The notes: a model not told the origin generated them from the letters alone. Counted from the stretch's first letter, positions 9,010-18,322 are shown. The stretch is DNA of 46,383 nucleotides from a virus (IMGVR_UViG_3300015203_000015:1-46383); one strand, 5' to 3'. Program-made: numbers and translations.

Positions 9010-9064
9010 AAACCCCGAGCGCTGTAAAGCAGATTCAGATCTGCAACGGCGCTCGGGGTTTTTT
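9010..9064 (+). terminator. long-stem intrinsic terminator at the early/late boundary
   Basis: AAACCCCGAGCGCTG...CGGCGCTCGGGGTTT stem running into a T6 tract. Confidence 0.7.
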
Positions 9065-9269
9065 CGTTTGGCAAGGATGCCGAATGTTCTACCGAGCCAC
9101 CAGTTCAGGTCGCCGCGCGTTTGGGAAACGCGGGCAACGTCGGCGGGACGTCTGTTCGAGAGGACGACGCTTCACCGACAACTTGCTCGCCAGCCTCGTC
9201 GCGCGGCCTAACGGGATCCTGTGGCAGGAAGCCGCGGGACTGCGGAGAGGCGACTAAGTGGAGTCAGGG

Positions 9270-9968
9270 ATGATGCCCACTTGCCGCCTCGATGCGCACC
9301 TTGAACGGACGACCTGCTGGTCGTACGCCTTCCACCGCATCGAGCGCGGGGACCTGCTGCTCTATCGCCATCCCCGCTCGCCGATCGCGCTCGCCGCGCG
9401 GCTCGCCGGCGAGGAGTTCTGGTACTACTCCCACGCCGCGATGGCCGAATGGCACGCCGGCGTGGACCATCAGACGCTGTGCAACGTCGATAGCCGCCAA
9501 TTCATTGGCGGCCGGATCGTCACGCTCCACAGCCAGGTCAAGCGGCTGCCAGGCGTAATCGACGTCTGGCGCCCGCGCACGAGCGTTCACATCCGCGAGC
9601 TGGCCGCCCAATACGCCTTCGACCAGGCCGGCCACGAATACAACTGGCGCGGCATCGCCGCCTGCGGCGCGCGGTGGCTGCCGGGCGTCTCGCGAATCTC
9701 CGAATCGTGGAGCGATGTCGGCGACATGAGCCTCTCGGAATGGGAGGCACCCAAGTTCTGCTCGCAGCAGGCCGCCTGGAGCTATCGCAAAGCGGCGCTC
9801 TCTGAAATGGAACCCTGGGCAGAGCATCCCAACTGGGATCCCTGCTGGTACCGCGGCGATCCCCACGTCTGGCCGCACCATCTGGCCAACTCAAGTTTCG
9901 ATTTGTTGTATCCGCGGCTCGTGCTCGACGAGGACGAGGACGTGATCCTCCCCTTAGTACGCGCGTGA
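9270..9968 (+). CDS. permuted papain-like NlpC/P60 enzyme (YiiX/YebB-like)
   Basis: GDLLL...YSHAAM (His) precedes ..G.EYNW...FCSQ (Cys) and PHHL, the permuted catalytic order. Confidence 0.8.
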   Translation: MMPTCRLDAHLERTTCWSYAFHRIERGDLLLYRHPRSPIALAARLAGEEFWYYSHAAMAEWHAGVDHQTLCNVDSRQFIGGRIVTLHSQVKRLPGVIDVWRPRTSVHIRELAAQYAFDQAGHEYNWRGIAACGARWLPGVSRISESWSDVGDMSLSEWEAPKFCSQQAAWSYRKAALSEMEPWAEHPNWDPCWYRGDPHVWPHHLANSSFDLLYPRLVLDEDEDVILPLVRA

Positions 9969-10023
9969 TTGAACTACGAACAGGCCTCCTGCGGGCCGGC
10001 AATGCCGGCGGATTGTAGAAGCA

Positions 10024-11655
10024 ATGGAACACGCACTGCCGACTTGCCCACCTGGGCTCCCGACAATCCCCTGCGTAACCGCACCGGAACCCGAGCCGGC
10101 GTTCCTGCTCGAGCTCGACGGGGAACGTCTTCGCTTGGCCGAGTTCGATCGTAAAATTCTGACGACCGGCAGTGAGATTTGGGTTGGCGGTTGGTTACGG
10201 CTCGAAGAGCCCATCGATCGGCCACCGGGGACGCGCGCCAGGATCCTCGATACGGCCAAACGGATCGGCACCGATATTCTGCTGCCACACGGCCTGGCTG
10301 GCCGCCGGGCGAGTGTTTCTTACGAGGTGGCTGGCGCCAAACGGGCTGCCGAGATCTCGCGGGCGCGTGTGCGGCCGAAACTCCTGAAGCTCCGGCGCGG
10401 CATATTTCAGTTCATGCTGCTGCTCGCCGCTCTCTGCTCAAGCGCCTCGGCCGCGCCGGTACTGCTCGAGTTCTCGGCCACCTCGTGCGAGCCTTGCCGC
10501 AGCATGGAGCCGATCATTGCCCAATTAATCCAGGAGGGTTTTTCGGTGCGGACGATCGACGTCGATCGGGAGCCGGAGCTGGCGAAACGATTCAATGCCA
10601 GCACGCCGCTGCCGCAGTTCGTGCTGGTCGACGGCGGTACCGAGCTGAAGCGCCTGCGCGGCGCCCAGTCGGCCGACGTACTGCGTACCTGGTTTCCCGA
10701 GGCCAAGCAGGCGGCCAAAGAGCCGCGGGCCGTCTCGGCAGCCAGGCCCGGCTGTCCGCTGCTTCCTCCCTATACGCGCCAGCCCGATCCAAAGCTGGCG
10801 GCCGCGGCGCAACAGGTGAAAACCCTTACCGATCATTTGAATCAAGCCCATCAGTTGCACGCCAGGCTGCGTCAGCAATTGCAGCAGGCGGCGGATGCGC
10901 TGGCTGCCCAGACCGCGGACCATGAAAACGCGATCGGCGCCTTGCGCCGGCAAATCGAGGGCGGCAGTCAGGCGCTCGGCGATCGTGATAGCGCCATCGC
11001 CGGCCTCCAGTCGCACCTGGAGCAGCTCGGCGACGTCGAGCTGCGGATTCGCACAGCCGCGGAACAAGCTGCCGGCGATGTGCGATCCGAACTGGAACCT
11101 AAACTGCGCGACGCGGCCAAACGATTGGCCACATTGCAGCCTCCCAGCGCGGACCAGCAGCTGGCCATCACCGGACTCGTTCGAGTCGCGATGACGGCGT
11201 TCGGCGTGAGCGCGGGGCCGGCCGGTTGGATCCTGACTGCGTTGAGCGCGCTCTGGGGCGCCGTCGCGATGTATAGCCTGCCCACGTTATTGAAAAAACT
11301 CGGCCGAAAAAAGCCCACGGCCGAAACGGACGGTAACGCGGCCGGCGGCATCGACTGGCAGGAAGAGGCTGACGCTTTACGAGCGCAGCTCAAGACAACA
11401 AAAGCGGCGCTGGCCAGCGCGGCTGGCAATTTCTCGACGACCGTGCACGTCGACGCACCGCCGCCGACGCAGCAGATCGAGCAATCGAACCAATACGTGC
11501 CTGTCGAGAAGATCGACAACTCATGGGAGCAGGCACAAGCCATCTTGGTGAATCATTACCCGGGCCTGGCGAACGGCTTCGCCCAGCTCCAGGCCGTCCG
11601 CCGGGACATTTTGGCCGGCAAGAAGTTCAATCCAACCACTTACAAATGGGAGTAA
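10024..11655 (+). CDS. thioredoxin-domain, coiled-coil, membrane-anchored protein
   Basis: Signal-like MLLLAALCSSASA (in-frame ATG 10414), PVLLEFSATSCEPCRSM (CxxC thioredoxin), long coiled coil, then two hydrophobic segments. Confidence 0.7.
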   Translation: MEHALPTCPPGLPTIPCVTAPEPEPAFLLELDGERLRLAEFDRKILTTGSEIWVGGWLRLEEPIDRPPGTRARILDTAKRIGTDILLPHGLAGRRASVSYEVAGAKRAAEISRARVRPKLLKLRRGIFQFMLLLAALCSSASAAPVLLEFSATSCEPCRSMEPIIAQLIQEGFSVRTIDVDREPELAKRFNASTPLPQFVLVDGGTELKRLRGAQSADVLRTWFPEAKQAAKEPRAVSAARPGCPLLPPYTRQPDPKLAAAAQQVKTLTDHLNQAHQLHARLRQQLQQAADALAAQTADHENAIGALRRQIEGGSQALGDRDSAIAGLQSHLEQLGDVELRIRTAAEQAAGDVRSELEPKLRDAAKRLATLQPPSADQQLAITGLVRVAMTAFGVSAGPAGWILTALSALWGAVAMYSLPTLLKKLGRKKPTAETDGNAAGGIDWQEEADALRAQLKTTKAALASAAGNFSTTVHVDAPPPTQQIEQSNQYVPVEKIDNSWEQAQAILVNHYPGLANGFAQLQAVRRDILAGKKFNPTTYKWE

Positions 11656-11658
11656 CCC

Positions 11659-12672
11659 ATGGCCGATGCCACTGTGGATCCGACTCAATCTGTGCCCGCG
11701 AACGCCACGACGGATAGCACCAACATCGCGGCGATGACAGCCAACCCGCAGAACTTGCCCCAGTTCGATACCGATGAGATCCTCTGGTACAACAACGGGA
11801 TCTGGGGCGATGCGGGCTATGCGATGTTCAACCCGATGGGCAAGACGCTCTCGAGCAACATCGACATTTTCATGATGCACTCGCTCTGCGGCAAAGTGCT
11901 GTTCGAGCTGATGCACGAGCGGGACGCGGTCGGCTTCACCGGTCCGCCGCACAAGCAGTGGCTCTACGAGCTGTACCAGATGCTGTTCGTGACGCGTAAG
12001 CGGCTCAACGATCTGACCCGCACGAAGAGCGACGGCAACGGCCTGGACGTCTCGCACGCCCAGCCGGCCCCGCAAATGTTTGTCGTCTATCCGATCCCGT
12101 TTTTCGGCGGCCGCGTGCGGCAGGCCGATTGCTTGAAGTATGCGACGATCGCCCTGCTGATGCTCTCGGAGATGGCCCAGCACGCCGATAACGATCGCGT
12201 CGGCTATGTGACCGAGGGCTTCTCATCCAGCATCGGCCAATACGTCCAGGAGATTCTCGCCCAGATGGGCATGAAGTTTTTCGGGTACAAGCGCGCGGAG
12301 GCGTATGCCCCAAACTTCGAGATCAAAGACGCCGACTTCACCAACTACGATCCCTCGAAGCTGATGATTTCGACCGAGCTCATCGATGAGCGGCCGCCGC
12401 AGCAGGCCTGGCCGACGACCAACGATCTGGCCCGCATTGAAGCATTGCCGGTGGCGCAGGCCATCCTGTTCGCCAAGCGATGGCCGATCACCAACAGCCT
12501 GTTCTTCGGCGATCCGTCATCCTTCCCGGGCATTGGCCAGGGCGGCCAGAACGCCAACACGAACCCCAACTCGACCGCCGGTGGGCAGACTGATGGCGGA
12601 TCCGGCAGTCCGCCGGTCGTCAAAGGCAACGCCGCGGGATCGTTCGTAGCGCCCCCAGGCCAGGCTCCTTAG
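11659..12672 (+). CDS. hypothetical protein (337 aa)
   Basis: Strong GC3 codon bias; GGGAG RBS; no motif recognised. Confidence 0.75.
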   Translation: MADATVDPTQSVPANATTDSTNIAAMTANPQNLPQFDTDEILWYNNGIWGDAGYAMFNPMGKTLSSNIDIFMMHSLCGKVLFELMHERDAVGFTGPPHKQWLYELYQMLFVTRKRLNDLTRTKSDGNGLDVSHAQPAPQMFVVYPIPFFGGRVRQADCLKYATIALLMLSEMAQHADNDRVGYVTEGFSSSIGQYVQEILAQMGMKFFGYKRAEAYAPNFEIKDADFTNYDPSKLMISTELIDERPPQQAWPTTNDLARIEALPVAQAILFAKRWPITNSLFFGDPSSFPGIGQGGQNANTNPNSTAGGQTDGGSGSPPVVKGNAAGSFVAPPGQAP

Positions 12673-12750
12673 TTAAATCGCCCGCCGAGGCTCTCGGCCG
12701 CAACGCCGCGCAGGCGCCCTGTTCTTCACTTCATTTGAGGAGTTCGACAA

Positions 12751-13038
12751 ATGGATTTCAAGACGCTCAACGCCGCGCTCGAAACCTTCGAGACGGACGT
12801 GACGAATCTCGGCGTGCTGTTTGGCGCGCAAAGCGCCGCCCAGGACGCGCTGGCCAAAGTGACTGCGGACCAAAACGCCGCGGTACAGTTGGCTCAAAAG
12901 CAATTGGCCGATGCCACCTCCGCATTGCAAGCGGGCCAATCGTTGGTTGCCGCCGATCGGGGTGCGGTCGACGCGGCGATGGCCGAGGTGCTCTCGGGTT
13001 TCGGCGCTACGATCGATGCGGGCCCGGCGACTGGCTGA
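12751..13038 (+). CDS. small Ala/Gln-rich coiled-coil protein
   Basis: GAGGAG RBS; amphipathic helix. Confidence 0.7.
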   Translation: MDFKTLNAALETFETDVTNLGVLFGAQSAAQDALAKVTADQNAAVQLAQKQLADATSALQAGQSLVAADRGAVDAAMAEVLSGFGATIDAGPATG

Positions 13039-13042
13039 TGCC

Positions 13043-13435
13043 ATGGGGCGCGTCATTGCGCAGGAGAAGATCGAGGAGGTTGAACGTCTCGTTGCTGAGC
13101 ATCGGCTGACCTTGGCCGAGATCGCCATTCAAACCGGAATCTCGAAGGCAACGGTGCAGGCGGTGGCCAGCGGGCGCCGACGGATCAAAGCAGATCATCG
13201 CCCCATAAAGGGTGAACGACTCAAGCAAGCAGCAGGCCGCTACTACGGCCCGTTTGAGCGGTGCCCGGATTGCGGCGGGATGGTCTATGCGCTGGCGCCG
13301 TGCTCGTTATGCCGAGTCCGCAAATTGAAAGAGCGCGATAAGCAGCAGCGCGACGCGGACCGCGAGGCGGCCAGGCGGGAGAGATTGAAGCGCGTGCTGG
13401 CCACCGTTGAGGAATTTCAAAACAGGAGCTCCTGA
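13043..13435 (+). CDS. HTH plus zinc-ribbon protein
   Basis: LTLAEIAIQTGISKATVQAVASG HTH; RCPDCGGMVYALAPCSLC. Confidence 0.7.
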   Translation: MGRVIAQEKIEEVERLVAEHRLTLAEIAIQTGISKATVQAVASGRRRIKADHRPIKGERLKQAAGRYYGPFERCPDCGGMVYALAPCSLCRVRKLKERDKQQRDADREAARRERLKRVLATVEEFQNRSS

Positions 13436-13436
13436 A

Positions 13437-13580
13437 ATGAAAGCGTACGAATTGAGCGCGGTTCTAGCCAATGTGGACCCCAATACGGAAGTAGAGGACG
13501 CCGACGGAAACTCGTTGGTCGTTGCCGAATCGGACAGCGACAAGCTGGTGCTGATCGTGGACGACGATTGCGGCGAGTAG
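13437..13580 (+). CDS. small acidic protein (47 aa, below ORF-track cutoff)
   Basis: AGGAG RBS; MKAYELSAVLANVDPNTEVEDADGNSLVVAESDSDKLVLIVDDDCGE. Confidence 0.55.
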   Translation: MKAYELSAVLANVDPNTEVEDADGNSLVVAESDSDKLVLIVDDDCGE

Positions 13581-13620
13581 CGCGGAGGGCGTTTTTGTTT
13601 CGTAGTTACGAAAGTGCAGC

Positions 13621-14244
13621 ATGATCTCGATCTCGGTCCACAATCGTTCGACGCTCGTGAGCGACGCCGAAGTCGCGCGCGTGACCGAAGCGGTCCAAAT
13701 TCAAGCTGATCGAGACTTCGCGCCGTTCTGGGGCATTCGACCGCGATATAAGTTCCACGGCAAGTCGCCCTGGACGCTGATCGTGGTCGATGACTCGGTC
13801 GATCCGAGCGCTCTCGGCGAGCACATGGGATCAAGCAAGTTCCTGCTTCCAAGTCCGGTCGCACGGAAACAATCCCGAGCGGATAGCCGATTGAACCCGT
13901 TCGTCTGCTACGTGGTTCGCAACGGCGACGAGCTGTACGCGCTCGAGGACTGCGATGCGGTTCAAGACAACCAATTCGCCTACACGGTCAAGGTCGGTCG
14001 AAAGACGGTGGTAGTTTCGGACTTCGTCACGCCGGCTTGGTTTGGGATGACGAACGGCAGGCAATTCGATTTCTGCGGCCACGTCAATCGGCCTTTCCAG
14101 ATTCTTCCCCTCGGTTACGCCCCCATCGAATCGGCCGCGACCGGCAAGCGTTCGATCGTGCTGCACTCGGGCAACACGCTGCACGGCTCAAAGATCCCGG
14201 CCGGGAGCCGGAAAGCCCGCTGGATTACAGGGAGGTTGCCGTGA
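13621..14244 (+). CDS. zincin-like metallopeptidase homologue, apparently inactivated (internal inversion, HExxE helix missing)
   Basis: Flanking motifs (SDAEV...AVQIQ..RDFAPFWG, ALGEH, LYALE.CD.V, VSDFVTPAWF, FD..G....PF.ILP.GY) match a family recalled to carry GxPLG and SHExxE between them; here that part is replaced by an inverted segment. Confidence 0.6.
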   Translation: MISISVHNRSTLVSDAEVARVTEAVQIQADRDFAPFWGIRPRYKFHGKSPWTLIVVDDSVDPSALGEHMGSSKFLLPSPVARKQSRADSRLNPFVCYVVRNGDELYALEDCDAVQDNQFAYTVKVGRKTVVVSDFVTPAWFGMTNGRQFDFCGHVNRPFQILPLGYAPIESAATGKRSIVLHSGNTLHGSKIPAGSRKARWITGRLP

Positions 14245-15107
14245 GCAATCAAAAAGGGATTCTGCCTCCGGATTTTCGCACAAAAATACGGCGACATGAT
14301 CAGGTCACGGCGCAGCTCATCGAGTGGCTAGCATGGATCGCGCTGGTGATCTGGGTTCTGGTTGGCGCCGCCCGTTATGCCTGCGGCGCCGAGCCGACGA
14401 TTGGCGACGCAGGATTGCCGCAGCCGCTGCGTACGCCGGCCGCGGCCGCCGACGCGCCGTATGCGATCGAGTTCGATGTCAACACGGGCAATGCTCGGTG
14501 GGCGATGGAGGTCGTCACGCTCAAGTCGCTGGAGAAGAAGGCCGATCGGAGCGATCGCTTCTACCCCGATGAAACCTTGCCCGCTTGGTGCCGGGCGCGC
14601 GACTCCGATTTTCATTTGACCGGCATGGATCGCGGCCACTTGATTTGTAGCGCAAACCACCGCTGCAGCCAGAAGCTGCAAAACGCGACGTTTTGCTTTT
14701 CGAATATCGTGCTGCAGGATTCAAACTTGAACGAGCACTTTTGGGCGGTCGAGATTGAGGGCACCTGCCGCAAATTGTGCGAGCGGGAGGATGACAAGCT
14801 TTTCATCGTGACGATCCCGGGGTATAGACCCAATGGTCAATCGCTCTCAGGCATTCGCACGTTCGGCGATCGCGGGCTCTGCAAGCCGCGCGAGTTCTTC
14901 AAGACGCTCTACCGCGAGCGCGGCGGCAAGCCGGACCTGATGATCGCTTGGTGCGTGCCGAACCGTTCGATTCCCGACGGCGTCAGCGAGGAGAAGTATC
15001 GCGTACTCGTACGATTCGTCGAGACGCGCGTGGGGATGGATCTCTACCCCGAGGTGCCACAGCCCAGGCAGGAACAACTCGAGACGTCGGATGCTCCGGT
15101 GATTTAG
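14241..15107 (+). CDS. DNA/RNA non-specific endonuclease (NucA-like) with N-terminal membrane anchor
   Basis: DRGHL catalytic motif, NATF.FSNIV.Q...LN...W...E; hydrophobic WLAWIALVIWVLVGAA; GGAGG RBS and GTGA overlap. Confidence 0.88.
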   Translation: MSNQKGILPPDFRTKIRRHDQVTAQLIEWLAWIALVIWVLVGAARYACGAEPTIGDAGLPQPLRTPAAAADAPYAIEFDVNTGNARWAMEVVTLKSLEKKADRSDRFYPDETLPAWCRARDSDFHLTGMDRGHLICSANHRCSQKLQNATFCFSNIVLQDSNLNEHFWAVEIEGTCRKLCEREDDKLFIVTIPGYRPNGQSLSGIRTFGDRGLCKPREFFKTLYRERGGKPDLMIAWCVPNRSIPDGVSEEKYRVLVRFVETRVGMDLYPEVPQPRQEQLETSDAPVI

Positions 15108-15133
15108 ATCAGCATTAGCAAGGAGGAACAGCA

Positions 15134-15421
15134 ATGCACATCAAACCAATACTCGGCACGATCGGCGCCGCGTTGGGTGTCGTGTTGGCGGAAGCCGCGG
15201 GCGTCGCAGCGGACCGAGGCCTCGGCCTGCCTGAAGGTTTCTCGCTTAAGGATTTGACCGCCGCTGGTTTCGTCATCTGGTATTCGTGGTACGTGACGGC
15301 GCGCGCCATGCCGAAGCGCGATCGCATGTTCATCGATCAGATCAACCTCGAGCGCGCGGAGCATACGAAGGACCGCGACTCGTTCAAGTGTCGAGCGCCA
15401 GGCGCGCCGTCTCCAGGGTAG
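15134..15421 (+). CDS. putative holin
   Basis: 95 aa, two hydrophobic segments, charged C-terminus, AAGGAGG RBS; last gene before cos. Confidence 0.5.
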   Translation: MHIKPILGTIGAALGVVLAEAAGVAADRGLGLPEGFSLKDLTAAGFVIWYSWYVTARAMPKRDRMFIDQINLERAEHTKDRDSFKCRAPGAPSPG

Positions 15422-15454
15422 AGCCCGTGCCCCCGCGCGACCCCACCCCCCCTT

Positions 15455-15502
15455 GGGTCCTCCGACCGGCTGGAGGCGCGCGGGGGGGTCCTTGTTCTCG
15501 CT
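15455..15502 (+). promoter_or_regulatory. putative lambda-like cos site (cosQ/cosN)
   Basis: GGGTCCT (identical to lambda cosQ) at 15455-15461, a G-run about 30 nt later, then TTCTCGCT, directly upstream of the Nu1/GpA-type terminase genes. Confidence 0.6.
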
Positions 15503-15573
15503 AAACCCGTGTTTTTGTGTGAAAAAATCGCTTCCTCATCATCATCATTTCCGGCCCAAGTTGGACGAGCTCG

Positions 15574-16272
15574 ATGGGCCTGACTGCCGACCAGCTATGC
15601 AGCCAGTTGTTGATCGCTCCCAAGAAGCTGCCCTCGCTGGTCAAGCAAGGTCTGCCCTGCACGGGCCGCGGTGCATCGCGCCGATTCGACGCGGCGGCTG
15701 CCGAGGCCTGGTTGGTGGCGAAAGGTCATTTGCAGCCGCCGGCTGCCGAGTATGCCGTGGCCCGCACACGCGCGGAACTGGCGCGCATCCTCGGCGTCTC
15801 GGAACGGACGATCGCCACCTGGATCCGCGAGGGCATGCCTGGCAAGAGCGGCCGGCCAGGCGTGAAGGAAGCCAACTATCCGATCGAAGAGATCCAGGCC
15901 TGGCTCGGCGGCCGCGTTTCGGCCGAGAACACGCCGCAGGATGCCACCAAGCACCAGGCCCAGGCGCGGCTGGCCAGCGTCAACGCCGAACTGGCCGAGC
16001 TCAAGCTACGCACCCGGTTGGGCCAGCTCGTCGAGGCCGACGAGGTCCGTCGCCGCTGGTTGCGGTTTTCGACCGAAGCCAAGGCCCAGCTCGATCAGTT
16101 GCCGCCGCGGCTGATCAAAGCGCTCGGCGACAAGCTCGACGCCAAGGTTCGCGATCGCCTGCGGACGACGCTCAAACGCACGATCGCCGGCGCCTGCCAA
16201 ACGCTCGAGCTGTTCTTGCGCAATGAGGCCGATGCACTCGAGGCTGCAACTGAACCCGCGGATCCGGAATAA
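15574..16272 (+). CDS. terminase small subunit (Nu1-like, tandem wHTH)
   Basis: TRAELARILGVSERTIATWIREGMP Nu1-type HTH, a second HTH-like N-terminal repeat, and AELAELKLRTRLGQLV coiled coil; upstream of TerL. Confidence 0.85.
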   Translation: MGLTADQLCSQLLIAPKKLPSLVKQGLPCTGRGASRRFDAAAAEAWLVAKGHLQPPAAEYAVARTRAELARILGVSERTIATWIREGMPGKSGRPGVKEANYPIEEIQAWLGGRVSAENTPQDATKHQAQARLASVNAELAELKLRTRLGQLVEADEVRRRWLRFSTEAKAQLDQLPPRLIKALGDKLDAKVRDRLRTTLKRTIAGACQTLELFLRNEADALEAATEPADPE

Positions 16273-16274
16273 CC

Positions 16275-18308
16275 ATGGTAACGACCGCTAAACAAAGCGC
16301 TCCCTTCGCTCTCACGCTTGGTGGCGTGATGCGCGCGGGCGCTGACGTCTGGCGCGAGCGTGTTATTCTTCCCACCGATCGCTGGGTCGAACAGAATATC
16401 CGGATCCCGGGCGAGTCGTCCGCCGCGCCCGGGCGGTTCGACCTGGTCGCGCGCCCCTATTGGCGCGAGCCGCTCGCCGAGCTCGACAATCCGGAAGTCG
16501 CCACGATCACGTTGATGGCCGACGCGCAGGCCGGCAAGACTACCTTTCTCTGCGCGGCCCTGGCCAGCCGCACCGAGCTGGATCCAGCCCCATCGATGCT
16601 GTTGGCTCCCGACAAGGACGCGATGCTCGAATTGCGAGACAAGGTCTTTGGGATGTGCGAGGAAACGCCGGCGCTCGCGAACCGGCTGCCGCCGCCGTCG
16701 CGGCGCAACGATCGATCGATCGACTTCGGCAACATGCTGTGCTACCTGGCTTATACCGGCAATCCGCAGCGCATGCGTGCCCGGCCCTGCAAATACGTGT
16801 TCTGCACCGAGGTGCAGGTCTATCGCGACGACCCGAAGCTCGGCTCGAGCGCCCAGGTCGTCCAGGCCCGGGTCAAATCGTTCATCGAATACAAGATCGT
16901 TTTCGAGAGTACTCCCGGCGAAGACGGCACCGGCATCGATTTTCTCTTTGCACGCAGCGACAGGCGCCGCAACCAGGTCCCGTGCCCGCACTGCAATGAC
17001 TTTCAGGAGCTGCGGTTCTTCCCGCACAAGGAAGGGCCGTTCGCGGGCAAGGGCGGCGTCGCCGGCCTGACCGACGAGAAAGGCGACTGGCTCACGCCGG
17101 AGCAGGCGCTGGGCGAAGCCTACTACGTCTGTCGCCGCGGCTGCCGGATCGATTCGTTCCAAAAAGGCGAGATGGTTGAGGGCGGAATTTGGGTCAAGGC
17201 CGGGCAATCGGTCAAGAACGGCAAGCCGACAGGTCGGCCGACGCGCGGGCCGCGCGACGCCGGTTTTCAGATCTCGACGCTCTACCATCCCGACAAAACC
17301 TTCGGCGACGTCGCTGCGGCCTACCTCGACCACCGCGAGAAGCGTCAACTGCGGGCCTTCTTCAACAACTGGCTGGGGCTGGCCAACAGCTCAGCCACCG
17401 CGCTACCGCACTGGAAGAAGCTCGGGCAGAATTTGGCCTGGCACCACCGCCGCGGCACGGTTCCGGGGGAGGCCTACTTCCTCACTTCCGACAGCGATGT
17501 GCAGCTCGATCGCAGTTATTGCGGCATTCGCGCCTGGGGTCCCAAGCGCACCAGTTGGCTGGTCGACTTCGAATGCTTCCCACGTGGCGATAGCACGACC
17601 CCCAAGGACCACTCGGACGGTATCGTCGCACCCGATCTGGCGCAGGTGGAAGTGTTCTCGCTACTATCGAGCTTCCCGATCGCCGGCGGCGGCGCCAATC
17701 CGCTCGGCCAGAACCAACTCAAAACGAGACTGCTGGGGATCGATACCAACTATCGCATGTTCGACGTGCACGACTTCGTTCGGGCCATGCGCCAGCGGCA
17801 CGGCGATCGCGTGCGTGCGGTCCGCGGCGACGAGAGCGTGGGCCGCGATCAGCTGTTCCGCTCCACGAACGTCGAGCAGAATCAGCGGACCGGCAAACCG
17901 TACCCTGGCGGCCTGCAACTCTGGGGCATTTATGTCAACGCCTTTCGCGAGCAGCTCGTCGAATTGTTTTCAGCCTCGCCAACGCAGCCCGGCGCGTGGC
18001 TGCTGACGGCCGACGTCGTCCAGACCCTGGAAAACTATCTGCGCCAACTCGTCAACCAGCCACCGGTCAAAGAGATCCTGCCCAGCGGCAAAGAAGTCAC
18101 CCTCTGGAAGACCCGCGACAAGGCCGTGGGCGAGCACGCCTGGGACATCGAGGTGATCCAACTGGCCCTGGCCCACATGGTGACGGGGGGCGACTGGGAT
18201 CTCGAGAAGCTCGTTTCGAAGCAAACCGCCAAGCCGCCGGCCGGTGCCGGCGAACCTGAGATCGTCCTGCCGCGCAATTTCGACGCGGGCGGATTTTCCG
18301 CACGCTGA
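16275..18308 (+). CDS. terminase large subunit (lambda GpA family)
   Basis: PYWREP, Walker A AQAGKT, ESTP, SDRRR.QVPCPHC, FFNNWLG, DVQ, IDTNY, EHAWD. Confidence 0.95.
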   Translation: MVTTAKQSAPFALTLGGVMRAGADVWRERVILPTDRWVEQNIRIPGESSAAPGRFDLVARPYWREPLAELDNPEVATITLMADAQAGKTTFLCAALASRTELDPAPSMLLAPDKDAMLELRDKVFGMCEETPALANRLPPPSRRNDRSIDFGNMLCYLAYTGNPQRMRARPCKYVFCTEVQVYRDDPKLGSSAQVVQARVKSFIEYKIVFESTPGEDGTGIDFLFARSDRRRNQVPCPHCNDFQELRFFPHKEGPFAGKGGVAGLTDEKGDWLTPEQALGEAYYVCRRGCRIDSFQKGEMVEGGIWVKAGQSVKNGKPTGRPTRGPRDAGFQISTLYHPDKTFGDVAAAYLDHREKRQLRAFFNNWLGLANSSATALPHWKKLGQNLAWHHRRGTVPGEAYFLTSDSDVQLDRSYCGIRAWGPKRTSWLVDFECFPRGDSTTPKDHSDGIVAPDLAQVEVFSLLSSFPIAGGGANPLGQNQLKTRLLGIDTNYRMFDVHDFVRAMRQRHGDRVRAVRGDESVGRDQLFRSTNVEQNQRTGKPYPGGLQLWGIYVNAFREQLVELFSASPTQPGAWLLTADVVQTLENYLRQLVNQPPVKEILPSGKEVTLWKTRDKAVGEHAWDIEVIQLALAHMVTGGDWDLEKLVSKQTAKPPAGAGEPEIVLPRNFDAGGFSAR

Positions 18309-18322
18309 ACAACCCTGGAGAG

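Noticed and set aside
13043-13435. CI-like immunity repressor
   Set aside because: HTH is present, but the gene lies co-oriented inside the late block, has no S24 peptidase domain and no divergent promoter/operator region; a regulatory role is not excluded.
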